Shown piece after piece: positions 1 through 7,692 of a DNA stretch of 27,119 nucleotides (its first letter is position 1; each line of letters opens with the position of its first letter). The DNA comes from Candidatus Thorarchaeota archaeon. GTDB lineage: Archaea > Asgardarchaeota > Thorarchaeia > Thorarchaeales > Thorarchaeaceae. The position numbers and the translations under genes were made by a program. The notes under the pieces are model-generated. The model saw only the letters and a list, made by a program, of their open reading frames with translations. It ran no database searches and was not told where the DNA came from. Where the stretch lies: contig JBHLRQ010000036.1 of the NCBI GenBank assembly GCA_048882385.1, positions 1 through 27,119 on the forward strand. The letters run 5' to 3'.

Positions 1-329
1 TTGACTTGTGTATTGCTGATGCTGATACAGTGACCTGGACTGCCATCAAGGTTAATGTCCAGTCCATTAATGATGTATGGAGTTTCAGACGAACCATCAC
101 CAGGCCATCCCTCTAAAGTTGCGGTGGCAGAGAAGTTATCATCTCCATCAATGATAATGGGAGCATGAGGTGTGCCTGCAAGGTAAAGTGGTCTTGATTC
201 TGGTTCTTCGATTGCTTCATTTGTCAAAGGAGTAAGCACATCTAAGTTATGTATTGGCATTATATTTCCAAGTAGTAAGATGATGATCAAACAAACCGTA
301 ATCGAAAAGACACCATTCTTTCCATACAT
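1..329 (-). CDS. Secreted/surface protein of the NosD/right-handed parallel beta-helix type (N-terminal part only, runs off the window)
   Basis: Not in the ORF track; translated by hand from ATG at 329: MYGKNGVFSITVCLIIILLLG...HAPIIIDGDDNF...GWPGDGSSETPYIINGLDI...CISISNT. Signal-peptide-like N-terminus and a GAAGGAG RBS upstream. The HAPI.I.G...GW.GDGS...PYII motif is typical of archaeal beta-helix surface proteins. Confidence 0.75.
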   Translation of the reverse strand, partial: MYGKNGVFSITVCLIIILLLGNIMPIHNLDVLTPLTNEAIEEPESRPLYLAGTPHAPIIIDGDDNFSATATLEGWPGDGSSETPYIINGLDINLDGSPGHCISISNTQV

Positions 330-509
330 GCATTTTTTCTCCTTCACTGCGAAAAAGACGATTGAGGTTTATTTATGCTGGTCTACATGCTTGGAGTCAA
401 TGTTGTGAAGCTACTTCCCATTTCCTTCGCAGAACTTCTCCTACTATTGGTTCGTATGCTTATTAATCAGAGTAGATAGACTAATCTTAGAGAGTTCAAT
501 TCGAGCTGG

Positions 510-554
510 TCAAAGCGAATATCTGTGCCTGTCTAGGAATTCTTGTTTCTTCGC
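510..554 (-). repeat. Copy C of the nrdD 3' end (encodes AKKQEFLDRHRYSL*)
   Basis: 35/45 nt identical to 2888-2932. All 10 mismatches are synonymous third-codon positions. Confidence 0.9.
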
Positions 555-673
555 TGAACACTAGTATATTTGCAATGTCATCAGCTCTAGGTCTGTATAG
601 GGACAGAAAAAACACCCAGAGGAAGGAGGCTTTTTAAGAAAGGTCAGTGACGGTCTAGAACTAACTGAAAGAT

Positions 674-1192
674 GTGGACAGGATGGAGAGAAGAACCAAG
701 ACTGTAGCCTTCCTCATGATTGGTGGGTTTCTATACACATGCTACATAGTTCTCAGTGGATGGATAATGGGGCTGAATCACCTCTATGACCTCTATTCTG
801 GTCAGGTCTGGAGCAGTGGACCAATGATACTAATCTATAGGACTTCAATCTTGCTGCCTATTGTCGATATTGCAGGAGTGCTAGTAATTCTTGGTGCTGT
901 TGTATACTACAGAACATACGAACCAACTAAAGAACAAGTTGTTGTAGTGAGAGGAAAACTAGTCCTGTTAGCGGGCTTCGTTATTGAAACTATCGCCATA
1001 TTGATCCACGCGTTTGGTCTTCTCGTAGCATTCAGTTATCCAGAGGCAGCCTTGCAAACTGTGGACTACATAGCCGCATTGATAATGGGAGATGTAGCTT
1101 CGTTAGGGATTGGTATTTTAGCGTTCGCCACCACTATGGTTGGAATTCTTCTAGGTGGAGTTCACAAAGGGGTGGAGTTCAAAGTGTCGTAA
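674..1192 (+). CDS. Hypothetical integral membrane protein (about 4 TM helices), cassette gene
   Basis: 172-aa ORF with four long hydrophobic segments and a TATA-like TTTTTAAG near 631-638. The start may be ATG 683. Confidence 0.7.
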   Translation: MDRMERRTKTVAFLMIGGFLYTCYIVLSGWIMGLNHLYDLYSGQVWSSGPMILIYRTSILLPIVDIAGVLVILGAVVYYRTYEPTKEQVVVVRGKLVLLAGFVIETIAILIHAFGLLVAFSYPEAALQTVDYIAALIMGDVASLGIGILAFATTMVGILLGGVHKGVEFKVS

Positions 1193-1266
1193 CTATGATC
1201 AAAAAGATTGCATTTCATGAGAGTTCAACAAGCACGGTCACAACTCTAGATAATTTTGAGTAGAAT

Positions 1267-1338
1267 CTATAGAGCATATCGATGCCGGTCTAGGAACTCC
1301 TCCTTCTTGGCAGGATTGAATGACGAAAGTGACTGGAG
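1267..1338 (-). repeat. Copy B of the nrdD 3' end (encodes LQSLSSFNPAKKEEFLDRHRYAL*)
   Basis: 20/23 aa identical to the NrdD C-terminus LQALSSFNPAKKQEFLDRHRYSL*. 1292-1320 matches 2913-2941 at 27/29 nt. Confidence 0.92.
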
Positions 1339-1423
1339 GAATTCATGCAAATAGACTGTCGAGATCAGCCTGAATTCTGTTGGTAGACTTGTTCATGCCT
1401 ATAAAAATCGGTAGTTGCAGGTA

Positions 1424-2206
1424 TTATCGATTATGCACGAGAGCAATGTCCTTAGTCTTGTACACATAGACCTCTCTTCTACTCTTGGTTCTCATAATAG
1501 TTGCAGCTCCATTTTGCCATTTCTTCATTGCTTTCAGTGTGGGCTTGCCTTCGTCACTGTTCAGCCAGTCTGTGATCTCATGCACATCAGGATCATCGAT
1601 GGCTGCTATTGCCTTGGTCACCTTCACTCCTCTTCCGATAGTTTCAAAGAGGCTCTCCTGTAACCAGCGTTTGCGTTCACTGCCATCTTCCTCAACTGGG
1701 ACGAGCCAACAACCAAAGCCATAGGACGTTCCAAACACGTACTTTTGATAGAACCTCTCGAGCTCTTGTTGATAGTGAACGACCATTTGATCGGGTTCTC
1801 TGCCTTCTATCTCGATGCTTACTTCATGGGTCTGCTTTACCTCGTCCAATACTATTGTGATGATGGGAGCTACTGATCTACACTTCTCTTTATACTCGTC
1901 ACTGGAGGGATCACACTCATCATCACAGAAAAAACAGCGAACGATCTCATTCTCTATCGCCACCATATAGTCAGCGTCTATGTTATAGGGATACCATTTC
2001 TTATATTCGAGCTCTTTCCGACCACTCCGTGCTTTGTGAATCTGTTTCTCAATAGAGCGTACTGTGTCATGTATCATCTCCTCTACGACAGTAACTGTAT
2101 CATCTAAGGAAACTCCTCTCTCTTGGATGTACTTTAAAGCAGCACGCTGATGCTCCTTTCGCATAGTCATGATTGAACCGGATAGTGCTATTATTGTTTC
2201 GTACAT
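1424..2206 (-). CDS. Hypothetical soluble protein, cassette gene
   Basis: 260-aa charged ORF containing CFFCDDEC. No family recognised. The start may be ATG 2170. Confidence 0.7.
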   Translation of the reverse strand: MYETIIALSGSIMTMRKEHQRAALKYIQERGVSLDDTVTVVEEMIHDTVRSIEKQIHKARSGRKELEYKKWYPYNIDADYMVAIENEIVRCFFCDDECDPSSDEYKEKCRSVAPIITIVLDEVKQTHEVSIEIEGREPDQMVVHYQQELERFYQKYVFGTSYGFGCWLVPVEEDGSERKRWLQESLFETIGRGVKVTKAIAAIDDPDVHEITDWLNSDEGKPTLKAMKKWQNGAATIMRTKSRREVYVYKTKDIALVHNR

Positions 2207-2227
2207 TTTCTTTTGAGTGAGAAGGAG

Positions 2228-2279
2228 TTACAGGAGTATCGATGCCGATCTAGAAATTCCTGCTTCTTTGCAGGATTGA
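2228..2279 (-). repeat. Copy A of the nrdD 3' end (NPAKKQEFLDRHRYS, then a 1-nt deletion before TAA)
   Basis: 2258-2279 is identical over 22 nt to 2919-2940; the rest differs synonymously. It abuts the stop codon of ORF 2280-2819. Confidence 0.92.
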
Positions 2280-2819
2280 CTACACTTGAAATTTGATCTC
2301 TATTATGCCACTTGCCCCACAATACTGACAAGTATAGACCATGTCTTTATGAACTGCATCCAAGTCAATATTACCATCACAGTTCGGACATTCCATCGGG
2401 GTGGAGATTCTTTTAAGTAGTGAGAATTGTGATACTCCAATGTGGCGTCGTGATCCTTTTGGAATCTTCAGTGCTATTTTGTGATTTTCAAACTCAACAA
2501 TTGTCTTTGCAAAAAGAGGGACAAGAAAGAATATTGTGACTCCCACAGAAATGACTATGAAGTCCGCTGGGACCCAAGGACGCTCTATTAAAAACCAAAC
2601 CCACGCCCAGAAGAAAAACATTGAAGTGAAACCAGTAATCAATACGGTCACGCAGCGGTTTTCTGAACTAGCAGCCTTGATACAGCTGTTCGAACAAAAA
2701 GTTCCCTCTCTGTGAGTAAGCCATCTATCACTTTGAGGTGAACCACACCAGTCACAACGTTTTGTCTTGGACGCGTCTAGAATTATGTGTATACGTGGCA
2801 GGTCTTTCTCTTTAGCCAA
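2280..2819 (-). CDS. Membrane protein with two TM helices flanked by two putative Zn-binding domains, cassette gene
   Basis: CDWC...FCSNSC at the N-terminus, two hydrophobic helices, CPNC...CQYC at the C-terminus. TTG start with RBS-like GAGGT and TATA-like TTTTTAAC upstream. Confidence 0.78.
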   Translation of the reverse strand: MAKEKDLPRIHIILDASKTKRCDWCGSPQSDRWLTHREGTFCSNSCIKAASSENRCVTVLITGFTSMFFFWAWVWFLIERPWVPADFIVISVGVTIFFLVPLFAKTIVEFENHKIALKIPKGSRRHIGVSQFSLLKRISTPMECPNCDGNIDLDAVHKDMVYTCQYCGASGIIEIKFQV

Positions 2820-2887
2820 CCCCTAACCTCATGCCCATTTCTTCATGAGGCGTTAAAAAGTTTCAAGTCCTTGGTAGAACTGCAATG

Positions 2888-5029
2888 TCAGAGTGAATAC
2901 CTGTGTCTATCAAGGAACTCCTGCTTCTTTGCAGGATTGAAGCTCGACAAAGCCTGTAGGTACCCTGTAATCCTGCTGAATACTTCCATACCAACAACTC
3001 CACACTTTGGACATGCAATTCTTGAGAGCTCTTCTATCGAGGTGAAACTAGTAGTTCTCCAATCAATACCTGTTTGGTAGTTACAGTTTCCACAAACACA
3101 CACATCTTTGGTGAAGCTCCAGTAAGAATTCAAGGTGTCAGTTGCAATCTTCTTTGTCAGTTCCCACAGAGCAATAGGATCTGGGTTCGCCTCACCTAGA
3201 TAGATGTGTGTAAGAGCTCCACCATCCATGAATGGGTGGAACATTCCTTCTTTCCTGATTCGTTGTGAAAGTGGCAGATTGGCATTGACATCTAGTGTTG
3301 TGCTGTTAGTATAATAGACATTAGGTGCATTTCCCTTGAGATACCTACGCATGCCAGGGTAGGCTTTGTAATCCTTGGCTGCAAGACGACCAGCCGCACT
3401 CTCAGCGGGTGTTCTAGTCACGCCAAAATGAAGACCTGTTTCTTCTTGAAACTCTGCAGCTCTCTGTTTCAAATGTTTGAGTACTTTGATTCCAAAACGC
3501 GTACCTTCAGCTTCGTGAAGATGGTGGTCTGTCATCACCATTGCCATCTCATCAAAACCTACAGTCCCAAGCAAGAACTCACGTTTGTTCATGTCGATCA
3601 GGGGATCACCGTTTGGTTTTGGCTGAGTATAGAATGGGACACTTCCACTGCCAATCAGTTTGTCCATGAGTCGTTTCTTCTCAAGAATGACCTCCTTAGA
3701 CAGCTCTACAAAACTATCAACCCTCTCAAAGAACCTGTCCTCATCAGTCCTGCCTAGCCAAGCAGCACGTCCAAAGTTGGGAGTGACCATCTGAGAAGCT
3801 CCAAACACCATGTTTCCGCTCAAAAACTCCTCCAGTTCCTCGTCACTACTTGCAGTCCAGAGATGTGAACAGCAACTGCTACATCCTGCCTCGATTTTTG
3901 ATCGCCAGTTGAGATAGTTCTCAAAATAGGGAGAACCATGCTTTGCTGTAAGCTCTGCTACAAGTTCCCATGAGGGCTCATATTCAGAACCCATGAACTC
4001 TTTTCTCAGTACAATGTTGGGTTTTGGAAAACCAAAGCCCTTGCCCTTCACATCACCTTTCAACATGACATCCATAAAGGCGTTGAAGAAGAGTCTCGCT
4101 TCTTCTTCATAGTCCCCATATGTAATCTCTGTTTCTTTACCTCCGGGCAGGACTGCAGGAACATCACGCATAATCTTTGGAATGCCTGGCGTGAGGTCAA
4201 CACTTGAAAAGATGACTTGCCCTCCACGAGCAACATACTGTTGAGTGAGTGTGAATACGAGTTGCTGTGCGGCTTGCTTGATCTTCTTATACGGTTGACC
4301 TTTCATGAATGGAGCAAGAAAGGTGTTGAAATAGAAGTACCCTTGACCACCAGCAAAGGAGCTCTGGGCAGCAGCTAGCCAGATTGCTGAGTGATTGACA
4401 GCCACAGAGAGATGTTGAGCAGGACCTGCAGCACTTGAGTGCATTCCGCCTAATCCATCCGGAGCGATACCCAGTTTTAGAACCTGGCGAAGATCCCACG
4501 TAGCACAGTAATCTCGTGTGCTGAAATATTCCCTGTCTTTGATGTAGATATCTCCCCTGAGGTGAGCATCTGCAAGATGAGGGGGTATCGAGAGGTAGGT
4601 ATGTTGTTCCATCACTTGATCATGGACCAGCTTCGCAATGGTTTCAGGATTACGCATTAGGTTTGCATTGTATGTATGGTCACCGGGATTATTGATGAGC
4701 ATAGTAAGATCATGCATCGGAATTCCAACACGAGTGTATAGGATACGTTCCTTTTCGAAGCCCATTTCTGCTAAGATACTGTTACACATCTCACGGATGA
4801 GCGGTCCAGACAAGAACTTGATACCAGAAGCAACAATTCGGTCCATTACCTTGACTGCAATCAAATGAGCATCTGCATGAAGAAGACCTGCTTCAAGAAT
4901 GAGGCTATCAATTATCTTGCTCGCATCGAAAGTTTCCATAGTACTACTGGTTGTACGAACCTTCGGCATCTTCTTCTCTCTGGCTTTGAGATCCTCTGCA
5001 GATGTGATTGTACTTCCTATGTCAGTCAT
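2888..5029 (-). CDS. nrdD: Anaerobic (class III) ribonucleoside-triphosphate reductase with N-terminal ATP cone
   Basis: ATP cone (VRTTSSTMETFDASKI), AHLRGDIYIKD, DYC, GGQ, SCC, TPAES, YYTNS, a CxxC...CxxC metal site and the glycyl-radical motif RITGY. Confidence 0.96.
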   Translation of the reverse strand: MTDIGSTITSAEDLKAREKKMPKVRTTSSTMETFDASKIIDSLILEAGLLHADAHLIAVKVMDRIVASGIKFLSGPLIREMCNSILAEMGFEKERILYTRVGIPMHDLTMLINNPGDHTYNANLMRNPETIAKLVHDQVMEQHTYLSIPPHLADAHLRGDIYIKDREYFSTRDYCATWDLRQVLKLGIAPDGLGGMHSSAAGPAQHLSVAVNHSAIWLAAAQSSFAGGQGYFYFNTFLAPFMKGQPYKKIKQAAQQLVFTLTQQYVARGGQVIFSSVDLTPGIPKIMRDVPAVLPGGKETEITYGDYEEEARLFFNAFMDVMLKGDVKGKGFGFPKPNIVLRKEFMGSEYEPSWELVAELTAKHGSPYFENYLNWRSKIEAGCSSCCSHLWTASSDEELEEFLSGNMVFGASQMVTPNFGRAAWLGRTDEDRFFERVDSFVELSKEVILEKKRLMDKLIGSGSVPFYTQPKPNGDPLIDMNKREFLLGTVGFDEMAMVMTDHHLHEAEGTRFGIKVLKHLKQRAAEFQEETGLHFGVTRTPAESAAGRLAAKDYKAYPGMRRYLKGNAPNVYYTNSTTLDVNANLPLSQRIRKEGMFHPFMDGGALTHIYLGEANPDPIALWELTKKIATDTLNSYWSFTKDVCVCGNCNYQTGIDWRTTSFTSIEELSRIACPKCGVVGMEVFSRITGYLQALSSFNPAKKQEFLDRHRYSL

Positions 5030-5334
5030 GCGTACCTCTGGACCTCCTCACGAATAGCCTCAACGCTCGGGACTTCTCCACTATAGAGAAGTCGAAGTTT
5101 GCCGCCATTTTCAATAATGATTGAGGGAGTACTGGCAATGAAGAGTTGTTGTTCAAGAAGTCTAAACTCGAAGTCGGGATCCATTCTTTTAAGATCAATT
5201 GTTTCAATCCGAATATTGTTGGACCCATAAAATGCCTCATTGATTACTGCTTTCGCTGCAGGGCAATTGGCACAGTTGTCCTGCGTAAACAAGTATAGAG
5301 TTGGCTTCGTGGCTAGTCCTCCCGGCGATTGCAT
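5026..5334 (-). CDS. Thioredoxin/glutaredoxin-like protein (NrdH-like)
   Basis: CANC active site and STPS cis-Pro motif. 4-nt ATGA overlap with the nrdD start. Confidence 0.88.
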   Translation of the reverse strand: MQSPGGLATKPTLYLFTQDNCANCPAAKAVINEAFYGSNNIRIETIDLKRMDPDFEFRLLEQQLFIASTPSIIIENGGKLRLLYSGEVPSVEAIREEVQRYA

Positions 5335-5462
5335 TAAACACTCCCTCTCGGCAAGAAGGGGTAAAACAAGATGTGGTATTCGGATAATAAAAGCATGACG
5401 CCGCTCGGAGTCGGCTTGTCGCCTTGTTCTAGGCCAACCGGGGGAGTCCTTGTTTCAGACAT
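5334..5462 (-). other. Candidate leader of the redoxin-nrdD operon: 42-aa uORF and/or structured RNA
   Basis: ATG at 5462 opens MSETRTPPVGLEQGDKPTPSGVMLLLSEYHILFYPFLPRGSV*, whose TAA overlaps the redoxin ATG (TAATG). The region is GC-rich with possible hairpins. Confidence 0.3.
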
Positions 5463-5729
5463 TTTATCAACAGTTATCGTCCAGACCTCCCACTTAAGGT
5501 CATACCAATTTTCAACAAACCCACACCCTTCAAAACCACTATTTTGCAGTTCTGAACACTGGAATCAGCACAATCATCTAGTGAATGATACCAAGATATG
5601 AAACAAAAAGAGAACTGAGTTTGGCGCGATTCAATGTTGGTATATGCTCAAAATGCATTGTGATTGGTTGGATGAGGAAAACTAGAATAAGTGGTCCGAC
5701 ACTCTTTGAATGAACAAGGAGATAGTACA

Positions 5730-6353
5730 GTGCCAACATATGTGAGAGCAAGGACTCCTCTAGACGGGTGGACTCGCATTGTTAGGAAAATCATGGATAC
5801 AGGGATGACCCGCATTGATGAGAGGGAGAGTGAAACTCGCTGGCACGATAATGTCATGATCCATATAGTAGACCCATACTCAGAGCGCGTCAGTGAGAAG
5901 TATCCATTCAGCGAAGAGATCCTTCGTGACAAATATGCGACACAATTACTCAATCCAGACAGGTTAGATTTTGATTATACATATGGTGAGCGGCTCAATG
6001 CTTGGGGTGTTGAAACACTCAACCAAATCGACTATGTAATCAGAAAGCTAAAAGAGAGTCCTAATTCAAGAAGAGCTGTGGCTACAACATGGGATCCGAG
6101 GAAGGACATGTTTGTTGATGAAGTTCCATGTTTGAATCATTTTGTTTTCATGATGCGCGAGGGTGTTCTTGACATTTCTGTTATGATACGTTCAAACGAT
6201 ATGTATGGAGCATGGCCAGCCAATGTTTATGCGCTTGGTGAGTTTCTGACCTATGTTTCAGAGAGGACTGAACTAAAACCAGGTACGATTACCACTCTTT
6301 CAGTCAATGCACACATCTACAAACACGATTGGGAGAAGGCTGAAAAAATCTAA
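5730..6353 (+). CDS. thyA: Thymidylate synthase (short archaeal ThyA type)
   Basis: FDYTYGERL, SRRA, catalytic VPCL, RSND and NAHIY motifs. Likely GTG start at 5730 after AGGAG. Confidence 0.9.
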   Translation: MPTYVRARTPLDGWTRIVRKIMDTGMTRIDERESETRWHDNVMIHIVDPYSERVSEKYPFSEEILRDKYATQLLNPDRLDFDYTYGERLNAWGVETLNQIDYVIRKLKESPNSRRAVATTWDPRKDMFVDEVPCLNHFVFMMREGVLDISVMIRSNDMYGAWPANVYALGEFLTYVSERTELKPGTITTLSVNAHIYKHDWEKAEKI

Positions 6354-6453
6354 AAGCACGAGGCGGTTCATTCATATAGACCTTTAACCTGAAAGTCTTT
6401 GCAGGTTTCAATTAGTATCCATGATTTGCAGAACATCAATGGAGTGAAACTAT

Positions 6454-7065
6454 ATGGATGATATCGATAAAAAGCTTGTATCAATCTTGCAGAAAAATGG
6501 TAGAACTAGCCTTTCAGACATCGGTAAAGAGCTAGGGATGTCACATGTCGCAGTGAGCAAAAGGCTTGACAAGCTCGTTAGTTCCGATCTTGTCCAAATC
6601 ACTGTTGGTGTCAATTCGGAGTTTCTTGATACCAAGATCTTCTTCATGGCTCTTGAAACAGAGGACATGGATGTGGCAGAGCGTATTCAAGAGGGTTACA
6701 AGAACTGCCCAAGACTATTGATGTTCGCACCAGTCACAGGAAGATACAACATCTTTGCAGTCATGGTCGCAGAAGATACGTGGAGTTTGGAATCAATAAT
6801 TGGTACATGCAGTATGAGAACCGAACCAGGAGTAAGGAAATCAGAAAGCTGGTTTGGGAATGCCCCAGTCTTTCCAAAATACATTCAGCTTGATCTGGCC
6901 CCCAAAACAACTGGATCAGCAATATCGCCATGTGGAAGAGATTGTGGAGCCTGCAAGAGGTATAAAGCAAACAAGTGTTTAGGGTGCCCACCAACGAGTG
7001 TCTACAGAGGAACATTATGGGCGTCTCCTGTGAAGAGTAAGAAAAAGAAAAAGAGCAAGAGTTAA
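6454..7065 (+). CDS. Lrp/AsnC family transcriptional regulator with Cys-rich C-terminal domain
   Basis: [36 protein letters not shown]-domain VTGRYN motif, and tail PCGRDCGAC...CLGC. Confidence 0.88.
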   Translation: MDDIDKKLVSILQKNGRTSLSDIGKELGMSHVAVSKRLDKLVSSDLVQITVGVNSEFLDTKIFFMALETEDMDVAERIQEGYKNCPRLLMFAPVTGRYNIFAVMVAEDTWSLESIIGTCSMRTEPGVRKSESWFGNAPVFPKYIQLDLAPKTTGSAISPCGRDCGACKRYKANKCLGCPPTSVYRGTLWASPVKSKKKKKSKS

Positions 7066-7099
7066 CTCTGATGACGACGTGCACAACCACGTGAAACCA

Positions 7100-7669
7100 A
7101 TGACTGACGTCTTCATCCACCCACTTGCTGTTGTTGACGATGGAGCTAAGATTGGCGAAGGAACGAAAATCTGGCATTTCGCTCATATCAGAGGAACAGC
7201 ATCAATTGGGAAGAACTGTAACATCGGAAAAGATGTCTATGTTGATGCGGATGTCATAATAGGAAATAACGTCAAGATTCAGAATGGTGTTTCAGTCTAC
7301 AAAGGTGTAACCATAGAAGATGATGTTTTCTGCGGACCTCACATGACATTCACAAATGATCTATACCCTAGAGCATTTGGAGAATCATGGGATATTGCTA
7401 AGACACTCGTCAAAAAGGGGGCTTCAATTGGTGCTCATGCTACAATCATATGCAACACAAATCTTGGAGAGTATTGCATGGTCGGAAGCGGAGCTGTCGT
7501 TACAAAAGATGTTCCAGACCACGGCTTAGTTGTTGGAAATCCAGCTAGACTTGTGGGATATGTATGTGTATGTGGACACCCACTTACCGAGGAAATTGAG
7601 AGAGATGAGAAGTCCAAAATAATGAGATGCACTAAATGCAACTCTGAGATTGAAATATCAGAAGACTAA
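7100..7669 (+). CDS. Hexapeptide-repeat N-acetyltransferase (WbpD/WlbB-like) with C-terminal Zn ribbon
   Basis: [48 protein letters not shown], then CVCG...CTKC. Confidence 0.88.
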   Translation: MTDVFIHPLAVVDDGAKIGEGTKIWHFAHIRGTASIGKNCNIGKDVYVDADVIIGNNVKIQNGVSVYKGVTIEDDVFCGPHMTFTNDLYPRAFGESWDIAKTLVKKGASIGAHATIICNTNLGEYCMVGSGAVVTKDVPDHGLVVGNPARLVGYVCVCGHPLTEEIERDEKSKIMRCTKCNSEIEISED

Positions 7670-7692
7670 CAGAAAAGGAGTGTTTCCCTCCA

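Noticed and set aside
510-2940. CRISPR array or DGR template/variable repeats as an explanation of the repeats
   Set aside because: Spacing is 0.66-0.96 kb with whole genes between copies. Differences are synonymous rather than adenine-specific, and no cas or reverse transcriptase gene is present.
5340-5500. SRP RNA, tRNA or cobalamin riboswitch in the GC-rich intergenic stretch
   Set aside because: No cloverleaf, SRP helix 8 or B12-box consensus is recognisable. Kept only as a candidate leader.
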